Virus record (IMG/VR): IMGVR_UViG_3300020048_000017 | Span: 1 to 64,000 of that record | Length of the DNA: 64,000 nucleotides | DNA from: a virus | Reading direction: 5' to 3' (one strand) | Shown here: one piece after another, positions 47,019 through 58,350 of the stretch | Numbering within the stretch: position 1 is the stretch's first letter | How the letters are laid out: each line of letters begins with the position of its first letter | Translations under genes and position numbers: made by a program | The notes under the pieces: model-generated | The model's database searches: none | What the model saw: only the letters and a program-made list of their open reading frames with translations | What the model was told of the DNA's origin: nothing

Positions 47019-48390
47019 TCAAGAGCTTTCTTCGTTAATTTCTTGATACTCCCAGAAACCCTCTTCTTTGACTTTTCCCCAGATTTTGGTTCTTTGAGTT
47101 ACTACAAACCTGCGCCTATTTAATTTAGTAGGGATCGGTTTAAAATATACCCAATAATTATCACTGTCAACTTTGTAATTACGAGTTAAACAATGCGGAC
47201 AGGATCTCGACGCTACTAATGGTTCTCCCACTTCAGTTTTCTTAAAAGTCCTAGGGTTTGATATACTTTTGTGATCTTTGGGAATCTCCATTTCGCACTT
47301 AGCACACAAAATAATAACCTCCCATTCTTTGACTTCGACGATTAATTCAAACTTGTCTTTCCAAAAATTAAGCCGCGCCTCATCCAGCGGAGAGGTGTAT
47401 TTCTGCGTAAACTTTTCAGTCATAGTGCCTTTTTAATAAAGTATAGTATGTAGTGCCTTTATAAACAAGAACCGCTTCCGTCTCATCCGTCATACTTTCA
47501 CGCCAGTCTGGGTTTTCAGAACAGTCTAATAACTCAAAGTATTCATTTTCCAGCCCACAATTTAAAAACATCATGTGCATCCCGAGTTCGGATTTTAATC
47601 CTTCGGGTAGTTCTTCTAAACTGTTCATTTTAAATAATCCTGTAGTTTTGATTTAGCCTTTTCCTTAAGGTTCTCAACCTGTTGATCCACAGCTTTGTTC
47701 GCCGCTTGTTCGATAATCCTTTGTGGGTTGAGGATCGTTAGGTAAAGAATTACAACCAAAAGCGCCGATGCTCCGATTCCTGCTAAAATTCCTAAAAAGA
47801 ATGGTTTGTTCATTTTCCGCACTTTGGGCAAATAGCCCTGCCAGTTGAGGTATAGTTTACCATTGAGAAACATTTCGGGCAAAACCCAAACGACTTAATA
47901 ATTCTGTTGATCCAATAATTACTACGCAATTTTAATTTTATCAAGAATATTTTCATTTAAAAGAGTTTTTTATCTAGCCAGCCGCGATGATCTGCTTCGC
48001 AATAAATAATAACTGGAACAAGAATGACCCAAAGTAAAGAGTGAGGTATCAATTCTAAAAGGTCACGACCTGTTACCCCCCCGTCTATCACTTTAGTAAG
48101 CGCGATGAGTAAAGCCCACCCCACCAACCAGTAGATAAAGATATATGTTAAGATTTCTGCCATTGTTTTATCCCTTTTCTAAAGTTCGCACCGTATTCGC
48201 CCTCTTCTTTCCAAGGGTTTCCTTCTAAAGTTTCTAGTATGTTTTTGAAAATATCTAAGCCGTGAGTTGTTGAAAAAATCAGCCTTTTAAAAAACTTATT
48301 ATGAAGCTCTTCCCTGAGCCTTACGAATTTTTCGGCATCAAAGATCCGAAGTTCTTCTATAGAATTTTCGCAAAAGGTTTTTAAATTCAT
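47019..48390 (-). CDS. five short hypothetical or membrane ORFs
   Basis: 47019-47423, 47416-47628, 47625-47882, 47957-48163, 48148-48390. Confidence 0.5.
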
Positions 48391-48992
48391 TTCCGGTGTC
48401 TAAAAGAGGTTCTTAGATCGAACCCATGAGAAACCACTTTTTCTTTATCGGTTTGTTTATCTGGAATGGGCGGATTATCTACGCACCAGCTAAGGAAATT
48501 CGAGATTTCGACGTAGACTTCATGAGGAGTCATAACAGATCCAAAATTAAATTGGTTTAAAGTTAAAGGCTCCGTGAGATCGCATTTGTTAGGATCTTCG
48601 CTCTTGGATATCAAAACGGGTTTCCAAAGAAGTCTATTAAAGTTTTCTGGATACCAGTTTTCCTCCAATCTTTGAGCCCGTCTTACAAGCTTTTTATCCT
48701 GTGCATAATAGAAAAGAAAATCTAAGTCGCTAGACCAACAATCTTTACGAGTTGATTTTACTTTTAAAAATTCCTCTAAAACTTTAAGAATGTTTTCTGC
48801 CCCGTATCTGAACCTCCCATCGTAGAAGGTTGTAAAATAACGAAACCCATTAATAAAAATGAAATAAGAATCACCGTTACGAACGTCTCCTATTCCAAGG
48901 CCTGATCGTCGATCATAAACAATTTTCTCATCGGTCCCATAGACCCCTTGGAGGTAGTCGTAGTAATCTTTCGTCTTTGCGATTATTTTCAT
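48387..48992 (-). CDS. conserved phage hypothetical protein
   Basis: MKIIAKTKDYYDYLQGVYG.D...YDRR...SHGFDLRTSFRHRK. Confidence 0.7.
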   Translation of the reverse strand: MKIIAKTKDYYDYLQGVYGTDEKIVYDRRSGLGIGDVRNGDSYFIFINGFRYFTTFYDGRFRYGAENILKVLEEFLKVKSTRKDCWSSDLDFLFYYAQDKKLVRRAQRLEENWYPENFNRLLWKPVLISKSEDPNKCDLTEPLTLNQFNFGSVMTPHEVYVEISNFLSWCVDNPPIPDKQTDKEKVVSHGFDLRTSFRHRK

Positions 48993-49389
48993 TCCGCACC
49001 ATAACACCCTTTTGGGGGTTTGTCAAGAAGTTTTATCTAAATTTAGACCTAATAAATGAAGAGACTTCATCCACGATTGTTAATATCCAAACAAATATAA
49101 TAATGCAGGAAAATAGCAAAATATTGACGATCTGTTTCAAAATATTGTAACTAATGTGTCGGTTTTTGTATCGTAGATGATTTCATAAGAATGGGCTTCT
49201 ACTTTTAGTTCGTAACCCTTGCGGTCGCCTATTCTTGTGCATTTTAATTTACCAGATCTTAATTTAAACATAATGTTTTGATAAATTGGTTCAATACATC
49301 TTACGCCAACCCTTTCAAAATACCTTGTCTTAAAGTGGGTTTTTTGATTAATACTTAATTCAGACTTACTTTTTGTTTTCCCGATAAAA

Positions 49390-49857
49390 TTATAAACTGC
49401 CCTGACTTTCATTTTTAAAAAGTGATTGAACCTGACGTTTCTTAACGTCCGCTAAGCAGCAAACGCACCATTTTTCTCTCCCCTCTAAAGTAAATGAGTG
49501 TGGCAATTTATCATCAAAATAAATTACATCGCCTTTTTCAATCGTGTATGCAGAAACCTTTTTGTTTCTATAATCTTTAAGGTTTTTAAAGTAAGAAAAT
49601 ACTCCTCCACCTTGAAGGACTCCAATTACCACTCCGTAATTTTTTGATGACGTTGAGTCTATGTGCATACCTACGTTCTGAAATGCGTAGATAGCGGACT
49701 CTTCAACCTCCAAACCCCGTTGGTTTAGAACTTCTCTAAATTCAGCACATGGAGTTAGTGGAGTCACCTCTCCCGTGTAAACTTTTAAGTTTTTAATATT
49801 CGGAACCCTACCCCTGAGGGCTTTTAGTTGTTTTCCTGTCAAATTAAAAAGTCTCAT
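49390..49857 (-). CDS. putative 2OG-Fe(II) oxygenase/cupin-fold protein
   Basis: VGMHIDS (HxD)...GDVIYFDDKLPHS. Confidence 0.5.
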   Translation of the reverse strand: MRLFNLTGKQLKALRGRVPNIKNLKVYTGEVTPLTPCAEFREVLNQRGLEVEESAIYAFQNVGMHIDSTSSKNYGVVIGVLQGGGVFSYFKNLKDYRNKKVSAYTIEKGDVIYFDDKLPHSFTLEGREKWCVCCLADVKKRQVQSLFKNESQGSL

Positions 49858-50301
49858 TCTTTTTGTTTTTTAGAAATCATTTGCGCCGCTTCTTGTGGTG
49901 TCTCACCTTTTCCTTTTTCTTAGGTCGGGTAATTTTGCTCAGAACGTATCTAATTATCTCAAGGTGACGTTTGTTTTCCTTGTCGAATTTTTCAAGTTCT
50001 TCTTTACTAGACCCGAATGAAAGAGAAGTATAGTCAGGAAGGGGTTCTCCCGAAGTGTCGTATTTGTTATTAGAGTCTGAAGTCATAAGTTATAATATTG
50101 TCCGCAAGTATTTCAAACCTGCGAAGGTCGCCCTCTAGTTTAAGAGGGGCTTGGTTTATTTGAAAAGTGTCTCCCGATAATTTGTCAAAGATTTTAAAAC
50201 CTTGTAAATATTGAGATATCACCACCAGAATGTCTTGATAAACGTCTATTCCGACTTGGAGAGAAATTACCTGTTGTTCTAGATTTTCAACGTATTCTTT
50301 A

Positions 50302-51384
50302 TCAATTGTCATGATCGGTTTCGTCACCCCAGAAGTTATCATCATAATCTTCCTCTTCTTTGTAAGGATTGAAGTCTTCGCCATATTCACCGATCTCCAA
50401 GAGGAAGTTAAAGGCATAGAGTTTAAAAATGCCCTCGAAACACTTTACGTCTTGGTGATCTTTTTCGAGAAAATACCTCTTAACGATAAAATCCGCGACT
50501 CCGAGGAATGAAGCGATATAAGCATAATTATGAACACCCACACTCATTTTAGCAAGATATGCGTCGAGTTTTTCGAGATCAGATTTTTCGATTTCAGCAC
50601 CTTCGATCCCGTCAGAAACCGGCTGTTCGATTTTCTTAACTTCGTGTTTTACCACAAGGTATTTACAACAACGAAGCTTTTGACCATTGTAGTCTGTAGG
50701 GACCGAGACAACGTCAATAGGGTTAATCTTGATTGTTGCAAGAATCGGGCCGTAAGAAAGCGCAAAGCTATGAGACCCAACGTGGAGACCTTGTGAGCAA
50801 GTTTCGTCAGGGTTGCAATTAACTTGATTGCGGCGGATTTCAATAACGTGACCTTCCTCATTAAGAATGTGCCCCCTTTCATTTCTCACCCCTTGTAAAA
50901 GTTGAACCTCAAGGTTGCCGTGGTGGCTATATTTGTCAGCACGGATGCCCTTATAAGCGATGAAACAGCCATCCTCTGTGATCGGAAGCTCTTCGTAATC
51001 AAGAAACCTGACTAGCTGAGATATAACTTGGCTGGAGACGTTGTTATACAGGTTGTCCAGAAAGTTAATAAGCGGCTGAAGGCTCATTTCATACTTGAGC
51101 AACGAAACCAGTTTCGTTTTAGTTGGACCCTCAAGCTTCCAAATACCCCTGTAGAAAATTTCTCCATCGCGTTTTTCGAACAGTTCATGTTCAAACCCGT
51201 CAAGATCTGGCTCTGGGATAGGTTCTGGCGCTACGTCCGCTAGAAGGGTTTCAAAAAGAATCTGGTCGCCATCTGAGACTGCTTTGCAGATCTTATCAAA
51301 GTTCCTGTGGGAAGTTTCGATTTTGTGAGTCTTATCGTTATTGTCAATAACTGTTAGCCGATTGGTTGTTAGGATATGTTTCAT
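50302..51384 (-). CDS. rIIB: rIIB-like protector from prophage-induced early lysis
   Basis: LPITEDGCFIAYKGI; CSQGLHVGS; KINPIDVVSVPTDYNGQKLRCCKY. Confidence 0.9.
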   Translation of the reverse strand: MKHILTTNRLTVIDNNDKTHKIETSHRNFDKICKAVSDGDQILFETLLADVAPEPIPEPDLDGFEHELFEKRDGEIFYRGIWKLEGPTKTKLVSLLKYEMSLQPLINFLDNLYNNVSSQVISQLVRFLDYEELPITEDGCFIAYKGIRADKYSHHGNLEVQLLQGVRNERGHILNEEGHVIEIRRNQVNCNPDETCSQGLHVGSHSFALSYGPILATIKINPIDVVSVPTDYNGQKLRCCKYLVVKHEVKKIEQPVSDGIEGAEIEKSDLEKLDAYLAKMSVGVHNYAYIASFLGVADFIVKRYFLEKDHQDVKCFEGIFKLYAFNFLLEIGEYGEDFNPYKEEEDYDDNFWGDETDHDN

Positions 51385-53270
51385 GATAGAATTTTGCTTT
51401 TTGCGAGTTGATATTCGTTTTCTGAGAGTTCACCCAGAGCCATTACGGCTCTGAACTGCCAAGTGTCTGTTTTTGTTTTGATTTTCTTAATAACATTAGA
51501 AGCGATTTCTAAAACCTCTTTCCTTTCTGGGACTAGGGGAAGCAGTTTAACATCTGTTTGAGTGATAGGTCGAGGGATCTCCAAGGGGTTTTTACGGCCC
51601 TTAAACTTGAAGTATTTCCTTACAAGATGGCTTTTATCGTAATCGCTCGCAAGTTCATGCTTCACAAAATCTGCCATATTATCGCGCACTTTTTGCGAAA
51701 GGTCAAGTAGTTTTTGTTCAATAATTGAGTCCGCTGAAACCCAAGTGTCTGAAATCTGGCTTACTAGATACCTCGGGACAATAGTGATATTATAACCCCT
51801 GTAAAGTTCTTCTGGGTATTTAAGATTAAGAGACTTTTTAAAAGACTCTACGTAAATAACATCTTCTTCTTCCGGATCAAAATTTTGCAAACTTCCTTTT
51901 GAATTAATTCCTTCATAATGGTAAATTTTGCGGACCCTCGGATTCCTAGCATAGGACGTTTTCGGAAACGTCACCTGCTCAGCCCATGCGTATTTATTCG
52001 CAGGAATTCCAAGGTCACTTGCCCATTTGTCGCCATCGACTTTTGAGGGAAATTCTACAAAAGTTACTCGGGCATTTTCGGCCCCGACTAAGTTTGCATG
52101 ATACAAAGAAAAGTATTGCTTTTTAATTCCCGAAAGTTTCCCAACATAAAATAGGTAAGATCTTTTGTAAAAAGAAGCAACCAAATAGTTTGTGCCCAGA
52201 TTCTCGATATTGCAATACTTTCTAGAATAAGGGTCGAATGCGCTAACAGATCCAACTTTATCAGAAAGCAACAATACTTCGGCCTCTGCTGCTGCGCCGT
52301 CAAGTTTTAGAGAATACGTGTTTCTGATCTCAAAGCGCTCATAGTGAGAGGCTGCGTTGTCATAGATCTCTTGCAAGTGCTCTGTGAGCTTGTCTTTAAA
52401 ATCCTCAATCCGTCCGTCGATAAACGCTGATGTTCTATCATCCATTTTGACGGACTCGCGAGAAGGCGGAAGAGCACAATCGTTAACGCTATCCGCGAGA
52501 ATGATGAGATCCAAATCGGGCAATCCTTTTACATAAATGCCTTTGCTGGATTTGTAAACAATATCTCCAAGGCGAACACTTACGTTCTGGTTTCCTTTCT
52601 TGCGGCAGAAAATATATTTGTCGAAAGCCTCCCACCCCTCGGGAATTTTACCTCCCACAAGATCACCATTAAACAAAAAGGAGTTTTTAGAAAACTTCGC
52701 AATCTGTTTAATTTTAGTTTCGAAAGTAAATTCATCCAAAGAATTCTTTAAGGGGATTTCTACCTCAATACCAGTTTCGGAGCTGGGTTCCGAACCGAGA
52801 ATATTAATCATTCCGTCAGGGTGAATTCCTCCGTTGTCTTCGAGAACTCCTGCGTAAGTGGTCTTTAACCCTTCGAAATGAGAAGTTACATAAAAAATAT
52901 CCGAATAAGCATGTCCAGCCTTCGCTCCAATACCAAATCCACCATGTTCTTCCCCTTTTTTAGTTGAAGAGAGGTATTGAAAAAAGATTCCAAGAACGTC
53001 ATCGTTACTGAGACCTTTTGCAAAATCTCGGAACTTCATCGACGATTCGTCGAGAGTAACCTCTACAGGCCTTGAGACCTTGTGAGTCTGGTGTTCGTCA
53101 ATGGCGTTGCAAAGATATTCCCTCACTACTGCCATCTTTGCGTCGGAATAAATCTGATCGCGAAACATGTGAGCAACCATGGAAAGGTTACTAACGTCAA
53201 TTCCCATCAAGACTTTTTGAATGCCCTGACTTGAAACTGTGTTTACTTTTACTTCTGTGGTTACTTGCAT
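51381..53270 (-). CDS. rIIA: rIIA-like protein (GHKL ATPase N terminus)
   Basis: IYSD..MAVVREYLCNAID; FRDFAKGL; GGFGIGAK; directly upstream of rIIB; leaderless ATG 53270. Confidence 0.88.
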   Translation of the reverse strand: MQVTTEVKVNTVSSQGIQKVLMGIDVSNLSMVAHMFRDQIYSDAKMAVVREYLCNAIDEHQTHKVSRPVEVTLDESSMKFRDFAKGLSNDDVLGIFFQYLSSTKKGEEHGGFGIGAKAGHAYSDIFYVTSHFEGLKTTYAGVLEDNGGIHPDGMINILGSEPSSETGIEVEIPLKNSLDEFTFETKIKQIAKFSKNSFLFNGDLVGGKIPEGWEAFDKYIFCRKKGNQNVSVRLGDIVYKSSKGIYVKGLPDLDLIILADSVNDCALPPSRESVKMDDRTSAFIDGRIEDFKDKLTEHLQEIYDNAASHYERFEIRNTYSLKLDGAAAEAEVLLLSDKVGSVSAFDPYSRKYCNIENLGTNYLVASFYKRSYLFYVGKLSGIKKQYFSLYHANLVGAENARVTFVEFPSKVDGDKWASDLGIPANKYAWAEQVTFPKTSYARNPRVRKIYHYEGINSKGSLQNFDPEEEDVIYVESFKKSLNLKYPEELYRGYNITIVPRYLVSQISDTWVSADSIIEQKLLDLSQKVRDNMADFVKHELASDYDKSHLVRKYFKFKGRKNPLEIPRPITQTDVKLLPLVPERKEVLEIASNVIKKIKTKTDTWQFRAVMALGELSENEYQLAKSKILS

Positions 53271-53299
53271 GACGGAATATAACACACTCTCAACATAAG

Positions 53300-54088
53300 T
53301 CAAGCGTAATTTTTAACTGCTTCAATAAAAGCTTCTCTTACTGGTCTCATTAATGGATCTCCTTCCATAGTGCAATTTGATCTGGGAGCTATCAATTCTG
53401 GAAAATCAATTTCCGTAAGGTTTTTAGAAAGTTCGGGCTGGAATTCTTTCAAAATATTTAAAACCTCTCCAAAAGGTAAGTGCCCCGCGTTCGTCATATT
53501 GAAAATGCGGGGAGGTTGTTCTAGCGAGTTTATACAAGCTTTTACGAAGTCCCCTAAATGAGACAGGGAGTTTGGGGCTCCGAAGACATTGTCGTAAGTA
53601 AGGAGTTTTGTAATGTAATTTCTTGAACTTTTAAATTCATCAAAAGGGATTCTCAGTCTCCAAATATGAACTCCCTTATTTTTAATAAGCTCCTCCCCAA
53701 AGGCTTTAGTCTTGGAATAAAAGCTGCCGGTTTTAATGAAGTTTGGGTCATCCCAAATATTAAACCACTCGTCACCAGTATAAATACAGCCTGAAGAAAC
53801 GTGGCCAAATTTAATACCTAGTTCTTTACAAGCGTTGGCTAAATTAAGTGGAATCTTTACGTTACCGTCCAAACACTTGACGGAAACCTCGGGAATCTCA
53901 CATTGGTCTACATTGGGTTTTCCAGTAAACCCAGCACAATTAATAACTAGGTCGGGTTTGTGAAGCTCTAACGCAAATCTTACGTTATCGTAATTAGTGA
54001 GGTCCACAGGAAGGCAAATAGCGTCGGGGAGGGCTTCTTTAAACTTCCCTCCCACGTATCCTGTCGATCCAAATAAAATTGTTTTCAT
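53300..54088 (-). CDS. NAD-dependent NDP-sugar epimerase/reductase (RmlD or NRS/ER-like)
   Basis: GSTGYVG; NCAGFTGKPNVDQCE; SSGCIY; FYSKTK; LRIP. Confidence 0.85.
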   Translation of the reverse strand: MKTILFGSTGYVGGKFKEALPDAICLPVDLTNYDNVRFALELHKPDLVINCAGFTGKPNVDQCEIPEVSVKCLDGNVKIPLNLANACKELGIKFGHVSSGCIYTGDEWFNIWDDPNFIKTGSFYSKTKAFGEELIKNKGVHIWRLRIPFDEFKSSRNYITKLLTYDNVFGAPNSLSHLGDFVKACINSLEQPPRIFNMTNAGHLPFGEVLNILKEFQPELSKNLTEIDFPELIAPRSNCTMEGDPLMRPVREAFIEAVKNYA

Positions 54089-54278
54089 AAATTCGCTTCA
54101 AGACTTTCTACGTTTAACCCGTTAAAAAGGTAATCCCAAAGCCAATTTGCTTTTTGAGATTCTTCGTCGATTTTTAGATAGTGACAGGTATCTTTAAATA
54201 ATTCTGTCTGTTCTGAGGATAATTTTTCGACTGCCTCTCTAATCCATCCCAATTCTTCTCTTTGTTCTTCTGTTAGTT

Positions 54279-54665
54279 TCATCTTGGTCTTTTCACAGTT
54301 TTCTTGCCCCAGTTTTTGTCATACTTTCCTACCGTAATATGTGGCTCGTATTTTAGATTACGATTTAAACCATTCTCTAGTCTGAATTCATGAAGACGTT
54401 CGCACTGAGTTGTTAGCCAATAGTAATGCCCATCCGTGAGGATATCCGAATAGGTAAACTCTACGATTTCGGGTTGAATATCGTAACTGGGAAGTTGTTC
54501 GTATTTGCCTGCTACTACAGTAATATGAGGATCTTCAAAAGGTCTGACGGGAGCGACTAGCCAATTCAAAACAGCGCAATAGTAATCTCGGATAGACTTA
54601 TCTACTTCGATAAATACCCAAGAACCATCGTGCCACATTCTGCCGGTGCTAGTATAGGTGGTCAT
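54279..54665 (-). CDS. 2H phosphoesterase family protein
   Basis: two HxT motifs, PHITVV and PHITVG, ~60 aa apart. Confidence 0.75.
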   Translation of the reverse strand: MTTYTSTGRMWHDGSWVFIEVDKSIRDYYCAVLNWLVAPVRPFEDPHITVVAGKYEQLPSYDIQPEIVEFTYSDILTDGHYYWLTTQCERLHEFRLENGLNRNLKYEPHITVGKYDKNWGKKTVKRPR

Positions 54666-55282
54666 CTAATCTGCCCGCTTTCTCTGCATCTACAAAAACT
54701 TTCGCTAAGTAATGGTTAAGCATAAAGCTTTCCTTCGTATCTAGAAATTCATTTATTTCGTATGGTTTAGTCACCTCGCCCTTTGGGATATCTAAAGTGG
54801 CTAGGTAATCAGAAATTTCTTTCAATTCTGAATTGCCATATCTGACCAGTTCGCAATTTTCACAAAACCTCTGTTTGTCGAACCAGTAGTTGAAAATCCA
54901 TCCTACCCCATCAAATGGTAACCATACGTCCGGCATACGGCTATTTCTTCCGGTGGATCTATAGAAACCCTGTCTAAGATCTCCCTTCTCTACCCAGATA
55001 ATATCGCGACCTCCGAACCTTTTAACTTTGGGACTTGTAAAAATATTTAACATAAATTTTTGTGATGATATCGAAAAAATGATCTGCGGCAACGTCGGCG
55101 CTTTCTGACACTCCGGACCAAATCCATTGTGCTACCTTTTTAATGAACTCGCAAATATACATCATGAGCATAAACGGAGATAGAATAAGTAAACAACATA
55201 GTCCTAGTAAAAACATAAGCCCCAAAAATAGGTAACCGATCACTAGCTTAACCCCTTTTAATTCTTTCATGCAAATTCGCAC
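54649..55282 (-). CDS. two hypothetical ORFs (54649-~55054; 55022-55282 membrane)
   Basis: ORF track. Confidence 0.5.
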
Positions 55283-55818
55283 AAAATTTCTCTGCGGAAC
55301 CCCTCTGTAGAAAGCCCCTCCCTAAAGGTGACCATTTCCGCTCTGGTTATTAATGGCATTTTTCCATTCACGGACAGGGACTCTGTAGGAAAATTCATCA
55401 CATTAAATTCCCCAGACCCAATCATAGCCTTTAGAGAAATCTCGTTATATTCTGTTATCGAAGTAAATACATTAATTCGACTATAAGGTTCTCCAGACTT
55501 CAATGTCTTCGTATTTGGGTAAAACGGGAGAGTCAAATTATCTACCAAAATGGTTTTCTTCCCACTTTCGTCTTTTCCATAAAGCCTATTCACCAACCAA
55601 TCTCCTCCATCAATTTCGTAAAAACGGTTGAAAAGAAAAGTCTTCCCAGCTCCTCTAGGAAGGATGAAGAGATTGTAATCGTGCTTGTTATAAGCCTCCC
55701 AAATTTTCTTCTGAAAAGGTGTCAAAGTGCATTCTAGCGGCCAAGGGTATTCCTCAGCTTGAACGAACGGCGCGAATCCCAAAAGAGGGATAGATTTAAT
55801 AAGATTTCTTCTGTTCAT
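55267..55818 (-). CDS. small P-loop protein resembling a truncated terminase ATPase, with twin-Arg-like N terminus
   Basis: MNRRNLIKS; LTPFQ...LPRGAGKT; FRREILCEF. Confidence 0.45.
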   Translation of the reverse strand: MNRRNLIKSIPLLGFAPFVQAEEYPWPLECTLTPFQKKIWEAYNKHDYNLFILPRGAGKTFLFNRFYEIDGGDWLVNRLYGKDESGKKTILVDNLTLPFYPNTKTLKSGEPYSRINVFTSITEYNEISLKAMIGSGEFNVMNFPTESLSVNGKMPLITRAEMVTFREGLSTEGFRREILCEFA

Positions 55819-56014
55819 GTAAAAGTATTTCCAATTTTCATCGCTTCTCCAAGAGTTTTATATTCTCCGTAAAACTGCTCTTCTCCTCCATATTTAGGGA
55901 TTTCGAAAAGTTCTATTTTACCACAGGGGTAACAGTAGATACTTGGTCCGCCCCCTTTCATTCTCCAATAAACCTCCACGGTTCCTTCAGGTTTAATAAG
56001 TTCGGCTTTATAAT

Positions 56015-56698
56015 TCATAGCATAACCATTTCATTAATATTCAAACAGCGGAATTTTGAACCCTCGACATACTCAGTCTTAGTTACATGGAAATGCCCGT
56101 AGTAGTAACTCTTGATACTATTATTTTCTTTCAGTTTGTTCCAAACCTGAGTCATGTAGTCTCTTTCGAAAATAAGTTCACTCTTTAGTGGGGAATCTTT
56201 ATCTAGCGCCCATTGGATATTTGAAAAACTTTTGGGTGCGGGGCTAAGAAAATCTGGACACGTATGAGTAATCAATACGTCTACACCTTCGATTCCGTCC
56301 AATTTAGACATATCGTAATCTACGACCTCGTCTTTCCAATAGTCTTCCCCCTCTTTTCTCCAAGCTCTGTCAATTGAAATTGCCCCGCCTATGAAAAGAT
56401 ACTTCTTCCCGTTAATTGTTTGGGTAGTATAGTCCTGAATTAGCTCAAGGTTATCTCCATATACCCCTCCTTTGGCGAATGGATAAGGCGAGTCGTGATT
56501 CCCCCTAATAGCTTTAATGAAAACTCCCTTTTTCTTGGCTTCAAAGCCCAGATCATCCAAAAGCCAATCTTTAACGAACCCTACCCCGAAGTCTCCAACC
56601 TGAATCAGGGTATCCCCAGTTTTCGCGTGATCTTCCAGCCATCCGTAAAGGACGTTAAATTGACCGTGAATATCTCCAAGAATATAAGTATCTGCCAT
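56015..56698 (-). CDS. calcineurin-like metallophosphoesterase
   Basis: GDIHG, QVGDFG, RGNHD, ITHTCP, YGHFH. Confidence 0.88.
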   Translation of the reverse strand: MADTYILGDIHGQFNVLYGWLEDHAKTGDTLIQVGDFGVGFVKDWLLDDLGFEAKKKGVFIKAIRGNHDSPYPFAKGGVYGDNLELIQDYTTQTINGKKYLFIGGAISIDRAWRKEGEDYWKDEVVDYDMSKLDGIEGVDVLITHTCPDFLSPAPKSFSNIQWALDKDSPLKSELIFERDYMTQVWNKLKENNSIKSYYYGHFHVTKTEYVEGSKFRCLNINEMVML

Positions 56699-56727
56699 GC
56701 GCTAATATAACACCTTTTTGGACTTAG

Positions 56728-57659
56728 TCAAGCTGTTTTGTAACCTTTTCCCTTAAGCCTCCCGAAATCGTCAGGTTCACACTCAAGATGCCTATCATAA
56801 GACCTTACTCCTCTTTCGAAGAATTCGACCCTTGCGGGTCTAGACTTTGGGTATTTATGGTAAGAAAACGAGTCTAACATTTCGACTGCATCTTTTCTGT
56901 CCACGCCCCTAAGAAAAAACTCTCGGGCCAAAAATATGGCTGTATGTGCATCGTATTGCATTAAAAAACTTTCTTGTATTTTAAAAGTTTGTAAAATCCG
57001 TAATAAAATACAACAGCGGGCCAAAACCAACAGGTTAACATGGAGAGGATGACCCCCATCATGAACTCCGAAAAAGCTTTCGAATAAAAATCTTTAATCC
57101 AAAAAACCGGAAAAACCAGCATATAAATTAAAACCCCAATTAAATAAATTCCTTCAATAATACTCATTTTTCTCTACGGTTTCAGCTAAATCTCTATTAA
57201 TAGACATTTTAAATCTTTGTCCGTTATTATCTGTAACCCAAACGCAATTAGATTTGGGAAAGATGTTTCTTTTTCTGAGATAATCTTTGTTTCCTCTATG
57301 ATTGGTAATGATTTTACCACGGTATTCAATTACATAGCTCATAAGCTTTTTGCAAATTTAATTGCCCTGTGTAGATTCTTTACGTCTGGTCTAAACCTAG
57401 CGATAGGACCTCCTTTTTCCTGAAAATGGGGATCTAACTCTTTAACGTTTTTATCAAATTTTCCTTCGTAAACCATTATTTTTCGGCCTTCAAAGTTCGT
57501 GCAATCTAGATACCTCACTTTTAAAATGTATGCGTTTTTAAATTGCAAATATCCCATAAGCTCCCATCTTACGGGATTCGGATTTGGTGCAGGAGCGAAA
57601 AAGGAAAGCTTTGGGCTTTCTGGGTAAACACCGCAATTTTTAAGAAGTGATAGTCCCAT
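56728..57659 (-). CDS. four short hypothetical ORFs
   Basis: 56728-56961, 56961-57167, 57154-57342, 57339-57659. Confidence 0.5.
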
Positions 57660-57966
57660 ACAAAATTAGATAGTGAATTAATTGATCCGCCCCGACTATA
57701 TTCCAGAACTGTTTTTTATCTTCTTTTTGCCAAGCTTTTGCCGACATTTTAGAACTAATGAAATCTACCCCGAAATGTGCAATGCCATTGAATAGCGCCC
57801 ATCCTATAGTAAGTTCTGAAAAAATAGCCAACAAGATCAATCCCGCCGTATATATCAAAACGTGAAGCGTTAAAGCGTCTAAACGTTTCGATTTATTTTC
57901 GGCAATAAACCTACTTTGAAAAACCCAATCAAAAAGATAATGGGTTATTAAAATTGCAAAAATCAT
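57640..57966 (-). CDS. DUF3307 family membrane protein
   Basis: HYLFDWVFQ...K...LHVLIY...HFGVD...GADQLIH. Confidence 0.8.
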   Translation of the reverse strand: MIFAILITHYLFDWVFQSRFIAENKSKRLDALTLHVLIYTAGLILLAIFSELTIGWALFNGIAHFGVDFISSKMSAKAWQKEDKKQFWNIVGADQLIHYLILYGTITS

Positions 57967-58349
57967 AACCTAATTTGAAACCGGCGCTTTTGTTTTTCGA
58001 GAACGTCGCTAGGGACTCCGTGAACGTTGGTTCCTCCGTGGCGATTTTCAACGATCACCACAAAGACCCTATATCCATGAGATTCTGCGAAGTTCTTATA
58101 CCCGATAAACTCCCACTCTTGAGTGTTAGTGTTGGCGAGAACGATTTTGGGTTCCCCGTTCAAAACCGCTTGGTCGAACTTCTCCCTGCAAGCTTCGTGA
58201 GCCTGTTTAAGTTTAGTCGCGTCAAAACGATACTCGCCATCGACCATAAAATAATCGTCAGCGCAACAAATCACACCCCCGATAAATTCTGCGAAAGTTG
58301 ACTTTCCGCTTCCACTGCCTCCACGGCAAATTATTAAATCACGATTCAT
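57963..58349 (-). CDS. P-loop kinase (AAA_33/polynucleotide kinase-like)
   Basis: GGSGSGKST; ADDYF; ANTNTQEWE; HGVP. Confidence 0.82.
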   Translation of the reverse strand: MNRDLIICRGGSGSGKSTFAEFIGGVICCADDYFMVDGEYRFDATKLKQAHEACREKFDQAVLNGEPKIVLANTNTQEWEFIGYKNFAESHGYRVFVVIVENRHGGTNVHGVPSDVLEKQKRRFQIRL

Positions 58350-58350
58350 A

